A stretch of DNA of 64,000 bases. Source: Peptococcia bacterium. Its GTDB lineage: Bacteria > Bacillota > Peptococcia > Peptococcales > SKKY01. The stretch covers positions 1,377,536 to 1,441,535 of the forward strand of contig OZ245787.1 of assembly GCA_965228015.1 (NCBI GenBank), read 5' to 3'. Shown here piece by piece: positions 28,503-41,547 of the stretch (within the stretch, counting starts at the first letter, position 1; each line of letters opens with the position of its first letter). A program made the translations under genes and the position numbers. The notes under the pieces were generated by a model. It was not told the origin of the DNA. It was given only the letters and a program-made list of their open reading frames with translations, and ran no database searches.

Positions 28503-29831
28503 TTAACAACTCAAGTATATAGCGCATTCTACTCTTTTCTTCTGAAGTTCGCAACCTTTTTTGTACACTTTGTAAAAGTCGCCTGTATCGTGCCAGTTGC
28601 TGAAATGACAACCTCCGCTGCAATAAAATCTGGCCCAGCAATCCATACACTCTTCTTTATTCAATACATTTGCATCTTGAAACATTTTACCAATCTTTTT
28701 GGAAATGTCTCCTTGATAAACATTCCCAAGTAAAAAATCTTTGTTCCCCACAAACTGATGACAAGGATATATATCACCCTGCGGACTTATAGCTACATAC
28801 TCATGACCTGCACCACAAGCAGAAATTCTTTTTGGAAGGCATGGTCCTTTATATATGTCAATATTGAAGTGGAAGAAATTAAAGTCACTATTTTTTTCCA
28901 TATATTCTGTAAGCTTATCATACTCTTTAAGGATTAATGGTATATCTTCGTTTTTTATCGAATAAGAGGCTTCCTCTGGTCCCACAACCGGCTCAATAGA
29001 AAGATTTTTCAGACCCATTTCTTCAAGATGCTGCAAATCTTTTAAAAAGTCAGTATTTTCCCTGGTAAAAGTCCCTCGAACAATATAGCTCTTATATCCA
29101 TCGGCAATAAAGTTTTTAATATTATTTGAAACAACGTCATAAGAACCTTTATGATTTGCTGTATATCTCATTTTATTTTGCACTTCTGGTCTGCCGTCCA
29201 AGCTTAACACAACACTAATATTATGTTCTTTTAGAAAATCTCCCTTTTCTTTATCTAAAAGCAAAGCGTTCGTAGTTAAAGTCAATTCAGCAGCTTTTGC
29301 AAGTTCTTTTGTTCTTTTTTCAATATATAATATTAGCTCTTTAACAACCTGAAAATTCATTAGAGGTTCGCCACCAAAAAAATCAATATTAAAATTTTTT
29401 CGAGATCCAGACTCCTTAAACAGAAGTTCGACAGCTGCTTTTCCTGTTTCAAAGGACATCATTCCCCGGTCTCCTCCATATGGCCCCTGATCTGCAAAGC
29501 AATAAGGACAACGGAGATTACAATCGTGGGCAATATGAAGACACATAGCTTTAATAATTGGATTCTCAGGAGGAGTATATTCAGTTATTTCCCCTGGAGG
29601 AGAAAAGAGAACACCCTCTTCCGCCAACTCTTTAATTTCTTTTAAAACTTCTTTAGCCTCTTCAGAATCAGGAGTGTAACTTTCCCCTTGTTCTTTTAAA
29701 TTCTCAAGAATATTAAAAGTTAAATCATCAATAAGATGAATGCTGTCAGAATTAATATCCAGCAAAATATTTTTATCTTTATATTTGTAAAAATGGATTC
29801 TGGAAAAATCATATTTGTTCATCAAAAACAT
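28503..29831 (-). CDS. scfB: SCIFF radical SAM/SPASM maturase
   Basis: N-terminal RRE region, AMCLHIAHDCNLRCPYC, DFFGGEP and SPASM CGAG..YPCHQF..C..C...YCSGGC. Confidence 0.93.
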   Translation of the reverse strand: MFLMNKYDFSRIHFYKYKDKNILLDINSDSIHLIDDLTFNILENLKEQGESYTPDSEEAKEVLKEIKELAEEGVLFSPPGEITEYTPPENPIIKAMCLHIAHDCNLRCPYCFADQGPYGGDRGMMSFETGKAAVELLFKESGSRKNFNIDFFGGEPLMNFQVVKELILYIEKRTKELAKAAELTLTTNALLLDKEKGDFLKEHNISVVLSLDGRPEVQNKMRYTANHKGSYDVVSNNIKNFIADGYKSYIVRGTFTRENTDFLKDLQHLEEMGLKNLSIEPVVGPEEASYSIKNEDIPLILKEYDKLTEYMEKNSDFNFFHFNIDIYKGPCLPKRISACGAGHEYVAISPQGDIYPCHQFVGNKDFLLGNVYQGDISKKIGKMFQDANVLNKEECMDCWARFYCSGGCHFSNWHDTGDFYKVYKKGCELQKKRVECAIYLSC

Positions 29832-29894
29832 CCTTTACATAAATAAAAAAACAGATCCTTATATTTTATAAGGATCTGTTTTCAACTTTGTCTC

Positions 29895-30035
29895 TTAGTT
29901 TTTACAAGCCTGATTGCTTACTGTACATGAAGTCTTACAAGCCGATTGACAAGAAGTTGGACATTCCCCGCATCCACCTTTATGTATTGTACATTTTAAA
30001 TCTTTCTTTGTAATAGTTTTTATATGCTTTTTCAT
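29895..30035 (-). CDS. scfA: SCIFF ranthipeptide precursor, 46 aa (absent from the ORF track)
   Basis: MKKHIKTITKKDLKCTIHKGGCGECPTSCQSACKTSCTVSNQACKN with an AAGGAGG RBS, directly upstream of scfB. Confidence 0.95.
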   Translation of the reverse strand: MKKHIKTITKKDLKCTIHKGGCGECPTSCQSACKTSCTVSNQACKN

Positions 30036-30108
30036 ATAAATTCCTCCTTGATTAGTAAAAAAATTATAACAAAATAAATTATATAAAACAATATCTCTAA
30101 AAATAAAG

Positions 30109-31658
30109 ATCGTGTCAATTAATTATGGGTTTTAAAAGAATAAAAAAACTCCTTGTATGTATTACGTGCTAAATCGCACTCGCTATCCTTTTAAATAATT
30201 CTCTTTTCCAAGTTCTCTTACCAGTTAAAACTACTGGCACATTGCCGAATTTCTCATCTGATATTAGGTTCGTAGCTTTTTTATAACACGGCTTTCTAAT
30301 TTTATGATTCTTGTTTCTGTTTTTCTTGCTTCTTTCTTTTACTAAATCATATACATTACCTGAATTAGCCTTAAAAGCCCTCAGACGTGACATTTGATCA
30401 ACACCTTCTCTGCACCAGCTTAGAGGCCTTGAACTTAATCTTGCAGATAATATATGACTAATATGGCCTTCTGTGCTACAGCCTATATAATCCGGGTCAT
30501 ATTGATTCATTATACCTTCCCAATTATTTAACACATAACTTCTAGCATCTTTTATTGCTTCTATTTTTTGTTTCTGATTCTGTTTCTTCAATTATTGCTT
30601 TGAATAAATCTTTTACGAAATCTTTCCTTTTCGTATTTATGTAATACCACATCATTTGGTGTGTGCCTTTCATATGAGCAGTTGCCTTCTTTATATATTT
30701 CGACAAATAGTATCTATCTAAAACATAGATACTATCTTTAATCCATTCTTTGCCTTGTTTTATCCAGTTGGCTCCATCTCCTGATAAATATATCTTTTCA
30801 ATAGTTTCTTCTTCATAGTTGCTATCAATATAATCAGCTACTTCAAGCCATAAATCAGCACTATCTTGGTAGAGACCACTAAAGTATCTGGGATTTATTA
30901 ATTCATATCTATCTTTACTTACCTTTCACTTACCTTCGTGAACATAAATTAATCTAGGTTCGGCACATGTTCCTCTTTGAAGTGAAACATGATCTTCATC
31001 AACTTCGATGTACAAAATCTTAGCTTGAGAATCAGTTTTTTCACTGGTGCTGCATGATTAGAAATATCTTTAAGCTTTCTAATAGAATTCATTACTGTTT
31101 GACCAGTAAGATATACATTCTTCGATATTTTTTCGCTACTTTTTCTGTATGGTGTCTCTATTGCTTCTTCTATTAACATTGATTCTAGCAATATATCCAT
31201 TCTGTCATTTGCTTCAATACCAACAGCTTCATCAGATAAGTATTTATATTCACCGGTAATTTTATGAACATAATACGTTCTTTTATAGGTTACTTCACCA
31301 AATATCGTCGCCAAACTTTTCTTCGACTTTGTTTCCTTTATTTTCCAGTCTCTTTTTCTTGCACAATCTTTTTTAACTAAAATATCTACAGTTTCAAGTA
31401 CTTTTTCTGTAATTGCAACCCCAACTTCATCCAGCATTTTTTTGGTTTTTAAAATGAATTCAGATATATTATTTCCCTCAATTAAAGTTGTTTCCATATT
31501 TTCTGCTATTTCTTTACCGATTTTAGTTGCAATTTCATGTATAATATTATTCATTAGAGTTTCTCCTTTTTTGCGATTTGGTTTAGCGATTTAATTGTAA
31601 CATAAGGAGTTGCTCTAATATTTTTTTGTTTTTTTACCCATAATTATTTTACACTAAC
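30109..31658 (-). mobile_element. ISLre2-family IS, left copy
   Basis: IRs GTGTAAAATAATTATGGGT / GTGTCAATTAATTATGGGT. Near-identical inverted copy at 42834-44381. Confidence 0.88.
30169..31554 (-). pseudogene. ISLre2 transposase with two frameshifts
   Basis: YIEADEDHV, GDGANWIK, YHLSKY and EGHISH motifs in three frames, with breaks at two A6 runs. Confidence 0.85.
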
Positions 31659-31674
31659 AAAAATTTTTTATCAC

Positions 31675-31716
31675 TGTGGATAACTTTAATATTTATTAAC
31701 TGTTATCTGTTGATAA
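31675..31716 (+). promoter_or_regulatory. DnaA boxes upstream of dnaA, overlapping its promoter
   Basis: TGTGGATAA 31675-31683 (perfect) and TGTTGATAA 31708-31716. TTGATA-17-TAGTAT begins inside the second box. Confidence 0.8.
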
Positions 31717-31807
31717 ACTATTTTTATTTTGATAGTATAGCATTACAATTCTTAAGTTATAAACATTTTTAACAATAGGTTTATAATTATTCTCGGAGGT
31801 ATCTTTT

Positions 31808-33157
31808 ATGATAAAATCACAATTAAATGAAATATGGTCAGAAACCTTAAAAGTTATTCAAAATAAAATTAACAGGCCATCTTTTGATACCTGGTTTAAC
31901 CAAACAGAATTAGTTGCTTATTATGATGAAAATTTTATTATTAAAACCCCAAACAATATTGTAAAAGACTGGTTAAACAATAATTATATAGAGGTAATTA
32001 ATGAATCCTTTCAGGAAATTTTAAAAAGGAAGGTAATAACAAAATTTGTTGTCTCTAATGATCTTGAATTATTACCTATTGAAAATAATCAAACTGATAA
32101 TATCAGAAAAGAATCTATAGAAGAAAAAATAGCAAAATCAAATATTAATCCAAGGTATAATTTTGATAATTTTGTTGTTGGTAACAGTAATAAATTTACT
32201 CACGCAGCATGTATGTCTGTAGCAGAGTCTCTCTTTTTAAGATACAATCCATTATTTATTTACGGAGGCGTTGGCCTGGGTAAAACACATCTTATGCAGG
32301 CAATCGGAAATTATGTAATGATGAATTCAAATAAAAAGGTGCTTTATGTTTCTTCTGAAAAATTTACTAATGAATTAATTAATGGCATCCGGGATGATCG
32401 TACTGAAGCTTTTAGAAATAAATATAGAAATATTGACTTCTTATTAATTGATGATATTCAATTTTTAGCAAAAAAGGAAAGAACACAAGAAGAATTTTTC
32501 CATACTTTTAATGCTCTTTATGAAGCAAATAAACAAATTATTATTTCAAGTGATCGTCCTCCAAAAGAAATTCCAACACTAGAAGATCGTTTAAGAACAA
32601 GGTTTGAATGGGGTCTTATAACAGATATTCAATCACCTGATTATGAAACTAGAGTTGCGATTTTAAGAAAAAAAGCAAAAATGGAAAATTTTGACATACC
32701 AGATGAAATTATGTCATACATAGCCGAAAAAATTGATTCTAATATCAGAGAATTAGAAGGAGCTTTAATAAGAGTTATTGCTTACTCATCTTTAAGTGGA
32801 AAAAATATTGATTTAGAACTTGCAAAAAAAGCTTTAAAAGAAATCATCACAGATAAAAAACCAGTAATAATAACTCCGGATATAATTCAGGAAGTAGTAT
32901 CAGAAAATTTTAATATCCGAGTTGAAGATCTTAAATCTAAGAAAAGAAATAAAGATATAGTTTACCCAAGACAGATATCAATGTATTTATGCAGGACTCT
33001 TACTGATTTATCTCTTCCAAAAATTGGAGAGTATTTTGGTGGAAGGGATCATACTACAGTTATTCACTCATATGAAAAAATTAGTTCAGAAATAATAAAA
33101 AATCCATCCCTTTCAAATACAATAAATTCATTAACTGAAAAAATTAAAAAAGTATAA
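31808..33157 (+). CDS. dnaA: Chromosomal replication initiator DnaA
   Basis: YNPLFIYGGVGLGKTHL, LLIDDIQF, RLRTRFEWG and GGRDHTTVIH motifs. Confidence 0.99.
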   Translation: MIKSQLNEIWSETLKVIQNKINRPSFDTWFNQTELVAYYDENFIIKTPNNIVKDWLNNNYIEVINESFQEILKRKVITKFVVSNDLELLPIENNQTDNIRKESIEEKIAKSNINPRYNFDNFVVGNSNKFTHAACMSVAESLFLRYNPLFIYGGVGLGKTHLMQAIGNYVMMNSNKKVLYVSSEKFTNELINGIRDDRTEAFRNKYRNIDFLLIDDIQFLAKKERTQEEFFHTFNALYEANKQIIISSDRPPKEIPTLEDRLRTRFEWGLITDIQSPDYETRVAILRKKAKMENFDIPDEIMSYIAEKIDSNIRELEGALIRVIAYSSLSGKNIDLELAKKALKEIITDKKPVIITPDIIQEVVSENFNIRVEDLKSKKRNKDIVYPRQISMYLCRTLTDLSLPKIGEYFGGRDHTTVIHSYEKISSEIIKNPSLSNTINSLTEKIKKV

Positions 33158-33367
33158 TATTGTTAATAAACTTATAATAACTTGTTATTTAATTATGGAA
33201 AACTTTTAAAAATTTATTCTCCTGTTAATTTGTGGATAAACATAATTACTTTTCAACAGGATTTTTAACATCCATTTAACCATATAAAATATAAAGAATA
33301 TGGAGTTTTCAACATATCAACAATGCTTATTAATATTACTACTAAAAATCAATAAAAGGAGAAGACT
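33158..33367 (+). other. oriC (dnaA-dnaN intergenic region) with DnaA boxes and putative DnaA-trio unwinding element
   Basis: TGTGGATAA 33231-33239, TTTTCAACA 33250 and 33306, ATATCAACA 33314, then ATGC and TTATTAATATTACTACTA (33327-33344). Confidence 0.85.
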
Positions 33368-34465
33368 ATGAAAATTAAATGCTTAAAAGATAATTTAAGT
33401 TACGGATTACAAAATGTTCAAAAAGCAATATCAAATAAAAAGACTTTACCAATTTTGGATGGAATATTATTAAAAGCTGAAGGAAACTATTTAATTATCA
33501 CAGCAACAGATTTAGAATTAGCAATAGAAACAAAAATTCCAGCTAAAATAATTACACCAGGAGAAATAATTGTAACCTCAGGGAAATTTATTGAATTAGT
33601 AAAAAAAATTCCAAATATTTCAATAGAGTTAGAAAAAAACAATTTAAATTTAAATATTAAATATTTAAATTCTCAAGTTGAATTAAAAGGATTTAATACT
33701 AATGAATATCCAATGCTTCCAGAAATAAATGAAAACTTTAATTTTAAAATAAAAAGTAATAATTTAAATTCTTTAATCAAAAAAACACTCTTTGCCAGCT
33801 CACCAAATGAATCAAGACCAGTCTTTAATGGCTCTTTATTAAATATTTCTAATAATGAAATAAAATTTATTACAACAGATTCTTATAGATTAGCTATTAA
33901 TCATTTAAAAATAAATGATGATTATAATAATATAAATATAATAATTCCAAGAAAAACACTAAATGAAATACAAAAAATATTTAAAGATGATGATGAAATA
34001 ATTACTGTTTATGGAAATGATAAACAAATATGTTTCATAAATTCAGATACAAAAATTATTTCAAGATTAATTGATGGTAAATTTCCAAATTTTGAACAAG
34101 TGATACCAAGGTCATTTCAAACTTCATTTAAAGTAAATAAAAAAGAATTTTTAGAAACTATTGAAAGAGCAAGCTTATTTATAGATACTGTTGATAATTT
34201 ATCTATTGTAAAACTATTTATAACTAACTCTAATGTAAATATAACTTCTACTTCTGAAACAGGTTTTATAAATGAAAATATAAATACACATGTTGAAGGA
34301 GATAAATTAGAAATTAATTTTAATTCAAGATACTTAATAGAAGCATTAAAAATTATAGATACGGATGATATAGAATTTAAATTTTCTGGTAACCTAAGTC
34401 CTGTTATAATAAAGGAAACTAACGATAATTATACTTATCTTGTTCTGCCATTAAGAATAAGTTAA
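33368..34465 (+). CDS. dnaN: DNA polymerase III beta clamp
   Basis: TLPILDGILL, ATDLE, TDSYRLA, SRLIDGKFP and YLVLPLR motifs. Confidence 0.98.
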   Translation: MKIKCLKDNLSYGLQNVQKAISNKKTLPILDGILLKAEGNYLIITATDLELAIETKIPAKIITPGEIIVTSGKFIELVKKIPNISIELEKNNLNLNIKYLNSQVELKGFNTNEYPMLPEINENFNFKIKSNNLNSLIKKTLFASSPNESRPVFNGSLLNISNNEIKFITTDSYRLAINHLKINDDYNNINIIIPRKTLNEIQKIFKDDDEIITVYGNDKQICFINSDTKIISRLIDGKFPNFEQVIPRSFQTSFKVNKKEFLETIERASLFIDTVDNLSIVKLFITNSNVNITSTSETGFINENINTHVEGDKLEINFNSRYLIEALKIIDTDDIEFKFSGNLSPVIIKETNDNYTYLVLPLRIS

Positions 34466-34466
34466 A

Positions 34467-34500
34467 TTAAATGCCATTCTTTAAAAGGAATGGCATTTAA
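34467..34500. terminator. Hairpin between dnaN and recF
   Basis: TTAAATGCCATTCTTT-AAAAGGAATGGCATTTAA inverted repeat. Confidence 0.6.
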
Positions 34501-34548
34501 TTTTTGAAATAAAAAATATGATATAATCTAAATAAAAACTGGTGAATT

Positions 34549-35634
34549 ATGATAATTAATAAAATTAAAATAGAAAATTTTAGAAATTATAAAAAAGAAG
34601 AAATACTTTTTACTAATAAAATAAATTATATTTTGGGAAATAATGCTCAAGGTAAAACAAATTTATTAGAAAGTATTTTTTTTATTTTAAATAATGAATC
34701 GTTTAAAAGCATAAAAGAAGATGAATTATTTAATGAAAAAAGTAATTCGAAAAATTTAAATATTACATTAGAAATAAATAAAGAAGAAAAAAATTATTTA
34801 ATTGAATTAGAAAAAAATGAAAACAAAAAAATTTATAAAATAAATGGAGTAAAAAAAGATTTTAGAAATAAAATAATTAAAACAATAATTTTTATACCAG
34901 ATGATTTACAAATAGTAAAAGAAGGTCCTGGAAAAAGAAGAGATTTTTTAGATAATGAAATAAAAATTTTATTTCCAAATTATAAAAATTTAATTAAAAA
35001 TTATTATAAACTTCTATCTCAAAAGAACTATTTATTAAAAAACAAGAGGGATAAAAATTTAATTAAAACTTTTAATATTCAATTATCTAAAACCGGAAAA
35101 GAAATAATAAAATACAGGTTGTTTTTTTTAAAAAATATAATTCCAATAGCAAGAAAAATTTATAATTTAATTTCAGAAAAAAATGAAATATTATCTATAA
35201 ACTACAAACCAAGTTTTAATTTTAATTATTATCAACAAGAGTTAGATAATAATTTAGAAAATGAAATGTTAAAAAAACAATCTTTAATTGGAATTCACAG
35301 GGACGACATTGTTTTTTATATTAACGGTAAAAATACAAGATCCTTTGCCTCCCAAGGCCAGCAAAGATCTGTTATTTTATCTTTAAAAATAGCAGAGCTT
35401 GAATATTTAAAAAAATATTATAATTATTTTCCAATTTTATTACTTGATGATGTATTTAGTGAATTAGATGAAAAAAGAAAAAATATGCTAATGAAAATAT
35501 TAAAAGAAAATAATATTCAATCTTTTATTACTCTTGCTAATATTGAATTAATTAAAAATCAAATTAGTGAAAATGATAAAATTATAATAGTCAATAATGG
35601 AAAAATAGAAGAAAATATAATAATTGGAAAATAA
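34549..35634 (+). CDS. recF: DNA replication/repair protein RecF
   Basis: ENFRNY, GNNAQGKTNLLE, GPGKRRDFLD, GIHRDD, SQGQQRS and LLDDVFSELD motifs. Confidence 0.96.
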   Translation: MIINKIKIENFRNYKKEEILFTNKINYILGNNAQGKTNLLESIFFILNNESFKSIKEDELFNEKSNSKNLNITLEINKEEKNYLIELEKNENKKIYKINGVKKDFRNKIIKTIIFIPDDLQIVKEGPGKRRDFLDNEIKILFPNYKNLIKNYYKLLSQKNYLLKNKRDKNLIKTFNIQLSKTGKEIIKYRLFFLKNIIPIARKIYNLISEKNEILSINYKPSFNFNYYQQELDNNLENEMLKKQSLIGIHRDDIVFYINGKNTRSFASQGQQRSVILSLKIAELEYLKKYYNYFPILLLDDVFSELDEKRKNMLMKILKENNIQSFITLANIELIKNQISENDKIIIVNNGKIEENIIIGK

Positions 35635-35688
35635 AATTATATTTTGTTATAATTTTTATTTGGAAGATTATAAATTAAATTTAAATAA

Positions 35689-37617
<1,929 letters not shown>

Positions 37618-37636
37618 ATTGAAGGGAGATAATTAA

Positions 37637-40078
37637 GTGGAAAATTTTAACCATGGAAAAATGCTTCCAATAAGAATTGAAGATGAAATGAAAAATTCTT
37701 ATATTGATTATGCAATGAGCGTAATTGTTGGAAGAGCATTACCTGATATAAAAGATGGTTTAAAACCAGTGCATAGAAGAATTCTTTATTCAATGCATAA
37801 AATTGGTTTAACTCCGGAAAAGTCATTCAAAAAATCGGCCCATGTTGTTGGTGATGTTTTGGCAAAATACCATCCTCATGGTGATTCAGCAGTTTATGAT
37901 GCAATGGTAAGAATGGCCCAGGATTTCTCAACAAGACACCCTCTTATTAATGGCCAAGGAAACTTTGGTTCAGTTGATGGTGACTCAGCAGCAGCAATGA
38001 GATATACAGAAGTAAAAATGGCTAAAATAACTAATGAATTATTAGATGGAATAGAAAAAAATACAATTGATTATAACGAAAACTATGATGGTTCATTAGA
38101 AGAGCCTTCAGTATTACCATCAAGATATCCAAATCTTCTTGTCAACGGTTCTTCAGGGATTGCTGTTGGTATGGCGACTAATATTCCTCCTCATAATTTG
38201 AGGGAGGTTATAAATGGCGTTATAGCATATATTGAAAATCCTGATATTGAATTTGCAGAATTAAATAAAATAATTAAAGGACCAGATTTTCCAACAGGGG
38301 CAGTAATTCTTGGAAAAGAGGGAATAAAAAAAGCGTATGAAACTGGCCGTGGGGTTATAAAAATCAGGGCAAAAAGTGAAATTGAAGAATTAAAAAATGG
38401 GAAAAAGAGAATTATTGTAACTGAAATTCCATATATGGTTAATAAAGCAAGGTTAATTGAAAAAATAGCAGATTTAGTAAGAGATAAAAAAATAGATGGA
38501 ATAACTGATCTAAGGGATGAATCGGACCGTAAAGGTATAAGAATGGTAATTGAACTAAGGAAAAGTGTAAATGAGCAGGTTATTTTAAATCAGTTATATA
38601 AAAACACTCAATTACAAGATACTTTTGGAATTATTTTCCTTGCAATAGTAAATGGTGTTCCGAAAGTATTAAATTTAAAAGAAATATTAAAAGAATATAT
38701 TCTTCATCAGGAAAATATTATAAAAAGAAGAACCCAGTTTGATCTGGACAGAGCTGAAAAAAGAGCTCATATTGTAGAAGGATTAAGAATTGCAATTTCA
38801 AATATTGATGAAGTAATAAAAACCATCAAAAAAGCAAAAAATCCAGAAGAAGCCAGAATTAATCTTATGAGTAAGTTTTTATTAAGTGAAATTCAGGCTC
38901 AGGCAATTTTGGATATGAGATTACATCGTCTAACTTCTTTAGAAACTAAAAAACTGGAAGAAGAATATAAAGAACTTATAAAAACGATTAAAGAATTAAA
39001 AGGAATTCTTGGGGATGAAAATAAAATTCTTGAAATAATTAAAAAAGAGATTACTGAAATTAGAGACAAGTATTCTGATCCAAGAAGAACAATGATTGGA
39101 ATGTCTGATGAAAATATTGATATGGAAGATTTAATTCCTGAAGAAGAGGTTGTAATTACCATATCAAATAGTGGATATATAAAAAGAATGAATATCAGCA
39201 ACTACTCCAGCCAGAAAAGAGGGGGAAAGGGTATTCGTGGAATGAGTACAAAAGATGAAGATGCAGTTATAAAAATATTTACTTCATCAACACATCACTA
39301 CATCCTTTTCTTTACAAATAAAGGAAAAATTTATCGTATTAAGGGTTATGAAGTTCCGGAGCATTCCAGAATAGCTAAAGGAATGCATATGAAAAATTTA
39401 ATAAACCTGGATCCCGGAGAGAAAGTAACAACGGTAATACCAATAAAAGAATTTACTGATGGTTATTATATGATTGCTGCTACTAAACAGGGCATGATAA
39501 AGAAAACAGATCTGATAAGTTATAATACCCAAAGAAAAGATGGAATAGCTGCTATTACATTAAATGATGGGGATGAACTTGTTGGTATTGAATTAACAGA
39601 CGGGACAAAAAATGTAGTTATGGTTACAAAACTTGGTTTAGCCATCAGATTTAAAGAAAGTGATGTACGTGCAATGGGAAGAACAGCTAAGGGTGTAAAA
39701 GGTATTTCCGTTGGCAAAGGAGATGAAGTTGTTTCTGTTGGAATAGCTGAAGATGATTCTTCATTACTTGTTGTTTCAAATAAAGGATATGGCAAAAGAA
39801 CTCCCCTTGAACAATATAAAGTTCAGGCAAGAGGAGGAAAAGGGTTTATTTCTTTTAACAGAAACAAGAAAAAAGATGTAGAAATAGTCGGAGCAGAAAT
39901 TCTTAATAATGATGATGAAGTAATGATGATTTCTAAAAATGGAATAATTATCAGATTTGCAGCCCAGGACATCTCTTCAATGGGAAGGGCAACTAAAGGT
40001 GTTCGTTTAATGAATATGGGAAGTGATGATGAGGTTGTTTCAATTACAGTAATAAAAAATACAGAGGATGAACAATAA
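37637..40078 (+). CDS. gyrA: DNA gyrase subunit A
   Basis: [25 protein letters not shown] and the GyrA box QKRGGKG in the C-terminal domain. Confidence 0.99.
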   Translation: MENFNHGKMLPIRIEDEMKNSYIDYAMSVIVGRALPDIKDGLKPVHRRILYSMHKIGLTPEKSFKKSAHVVGDVLAKYHPHGDSAVYDAMVRMAQDFSTRHPLINGQGNFGSVDGDSAAAMRYTEVKMAKITNELLDGIEKNTIDYNENYDGSLEEPSVLPSRYPNLLVNGSSGIAVGMATNIPPHNLREVINGVIAYIENPDIEFAELNKIIKGPDFPTGAVILGKEGIKKAYETGRGVIKIRAKSEIEELKNGKKRIIVTEIPYMVNKARLIEKIADLVRDKKIDGITDLRDESDRKGIRMVIELRKSVNEQVILNQLYKNTQLQDTFGIIFLAIVNGVPKVLNLKEILKEYILHQENIIKRRTQFDLDRAEKRAHIVEGLRIAISNIDEVIKTIKKAKNPEEARINLMSKFLLSEIQAQAILDMRLHRLTSLETKKLEEEYKELIKTIKELKGILGDENKILEIIKKEITEIRDKYSDPRRTMIGMSDENIDMEDLIPEEEVVITISNSGYIKRMNISNYSSQKRGGKGIRGMSTKDEDAVIKIFTSSTHHYILFFTNKGKIYRIKGYEVPEHSRIAKGMHMKNLINLDPGEKVTTVIPIKEFTDGYYMIAATKQGMIKKTDLISYNTQRKDGIAAITLNDGDELVGIELTDGTKNVVMVTKLGLAIRFKESDVRAMGRTAKGVKGISVGKGDEVVSVGIAEDDSSLLVVSNKGYGKRTPLEQYKVQARGGKGFISFNRNKKKDVEIVGAEILNNDDEVMMISKNGIIIRFAAQDISSMGRATKGVRLMNMGSDDEVVSITVIKNTEDEQ

Positions 40079-40133
40079 AATCTTTCTTGATATAAAATAG
40101 TTATTATTGTAATATATTTGAAATAGAATATTA

Positions 40134-40357
40134 AAAAGTAATGATCAGGAAGTTTTAAATTTCTTTGTTGCAGAGAGCTGATGGAAGGTGAAAATCAGTA
40201 CAAGTATTTAAAATTCCGCCTGTAAACTGAGCATGATGAATATTTCCGTTGGTTACGTTATAACCGTCAAGTGGAATAGCGACAATGTTGTTATTTAATT
40301 TGGGTGGCAACGCGGGTAGACAGAACCCGTCCCATATTTTGGGACGGGTTTTTTTAT
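40134..40357 (+). ncRNA. Serine-specific T-box riboswitch with terminator
   Basis: AGAGAG/GGTGAAA stem I motifs, TCC (Ser) specifier at 40215-40217, T-box AATTTGGGTGGCAACGCGG (UGGC pairs with G73 of tRNA-Ser) and terminator AACCCGTCCC..GGGACGGGTT-T tract. Confidence 0.9.
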
Positions 40358-40389
40358 TTATTTAAAAATTATAGGGAGTGTGGTAAATC

Positions 40390-41547
40390 TTGAAAACAGA
40401 AAAATTATTAATGATACCGGGTCCAACAATGATTCCTGAAAAAATACTTAATGCAATAAATACCCAGGCTGTTGGGCATAGAACAGAATATTTTGAAAAT
40501 ATTATAAAAAATGTAACCATTAAACTTAAGAAAATATTCAGAACAAATAGAGATGTATATATTTTGACTTCTTCCGGAAGTGGAGCGATGGAAGCTTCTG
40601 TAGCAAACTTTATTAATGAAGGAGATAAAACCTTAGTATTAGTAAACGGGAAATTCGGAGAGAGATTTGTAAGCTTGAATAAAATTTATAGAGCAGAAGT
40701 TAGTGAAATAACTTATCCTTTAGGAGTTTCTGCAAATCCGGAAGATGTAGAAAAATTTCTTAAAAATAATCCAGACACTAAAGCAGTCTTTATGCAACAA
40801 AATGAGACATCCTCAGCGATACTCAATGGTGTTTTTGCAATTGCGGAGTTAGTAAAAAAATATGAAGCTTTATTAATTGTTGATTCAGTTTCAGGTTTAG
40901 GTGTTACAGAGATGAAAATGGATGAATGGGGAGTTGATGTAATTGCTGCAGGGTCTCAAAAAGCATTTATGTTGCCACCGGGATTAGCTTTCGTAGCTGT
41001 AAGTGAAAAAGCAGAGAAGAAATTGGTCTCTTGTGGTAACAAAAAGTATTATTTTTGCCTAAAAGCAGCAAAGGAAAACTTGGAAAAATCGACGACCCCA
41101 TACACTCCAGCAACTTCTTTAATTAAAGGTTTAGATGCTAGTTTAGATATGATATTAGAGTATGGAATAGAAAAAAACTATGAAAAACAAGAAAAATATA
41201 CAAAAATGCTGAGAGATGCTTTTAAAGCAATTGGTTTATCTATGGTTGTAGAAAATGAAAAGGCCGCTTCTCGTGCTGTTACAGGAGTGTATGTTCCGGA
41301 AGAAGTAAAGTGGTCTGAATTTGAGAAAATTCTTAGTGAGAAATACAATGTATTAGTTGCCGGAGGCCAGGACGAACTTAAAGGAAAAATATTCAGAGTT
41401 GGGACGATTGGCTACTTAGGAGATCTTGATATCTTATCTGGAATAGCTGCAATTGAAATGGCGCTTTATGAAGCGGGATATAAATTTGAGGTGGGCAAAG
41501 GTGTAAGTACAGCTCAAAAAATACTAATAGAGAGAGGTAGAGATTAA
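40390..41547 (+). CDS. Class V PLP aminotransferase (serine-pyruvate / SerC-like)
   Basis: [38 protein letters not shown] and TPYTP motifs. Under the Ser T-box. Confidence 0.88.
   Translation: MKTEKLLMIPGPTMIPEKILNAINTQAVGHRTEYFENIIKNVTIKLKKIFRTNRDVYILTSSGSGAMEASVANFINEGDKTLVLVNGKFGERFVSLNKIYRAEVSEITYPLGVSANPEDVEKFLKNNPDTKAVFMQQNETSSAILNGVFAIAELVKKYEALLIVDSVSGLGVTEMKMDEWGVDVIAAGSQKAFMLPPGLAFVAVSEKAEKKLVSCGNKKYYFCLKAAKENLEKSTTPYTPATSLIKGLDASLDMILEYGIEKNYEKQEKYTKMLRDAFKAIGLSMVVENEKAASRAVTGVYVPEEVKWSEFEKILSEKYNVLVAGGQDELKGKIFRVGTIGYLGDLDILSGIAAIEMALYEAGYKFEVGKGVSTAQKILIERGRD

Noticed and set aside
28098-28733. 211-aa plus-strand ORF, and similar antisense ORFs (e.g. 41393..41842, 46902..47387, 52695..53054, 56691..56990)
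   Set aside because: Shadows of well-supported opposite-strand genes, with no motifs or convincing RBS.
40324-40350. GGGACGGG hairpin as another copy of the gene-end motif
   Set aside because: It is the T-box terminator and lacks the N14-DnaA-box part.
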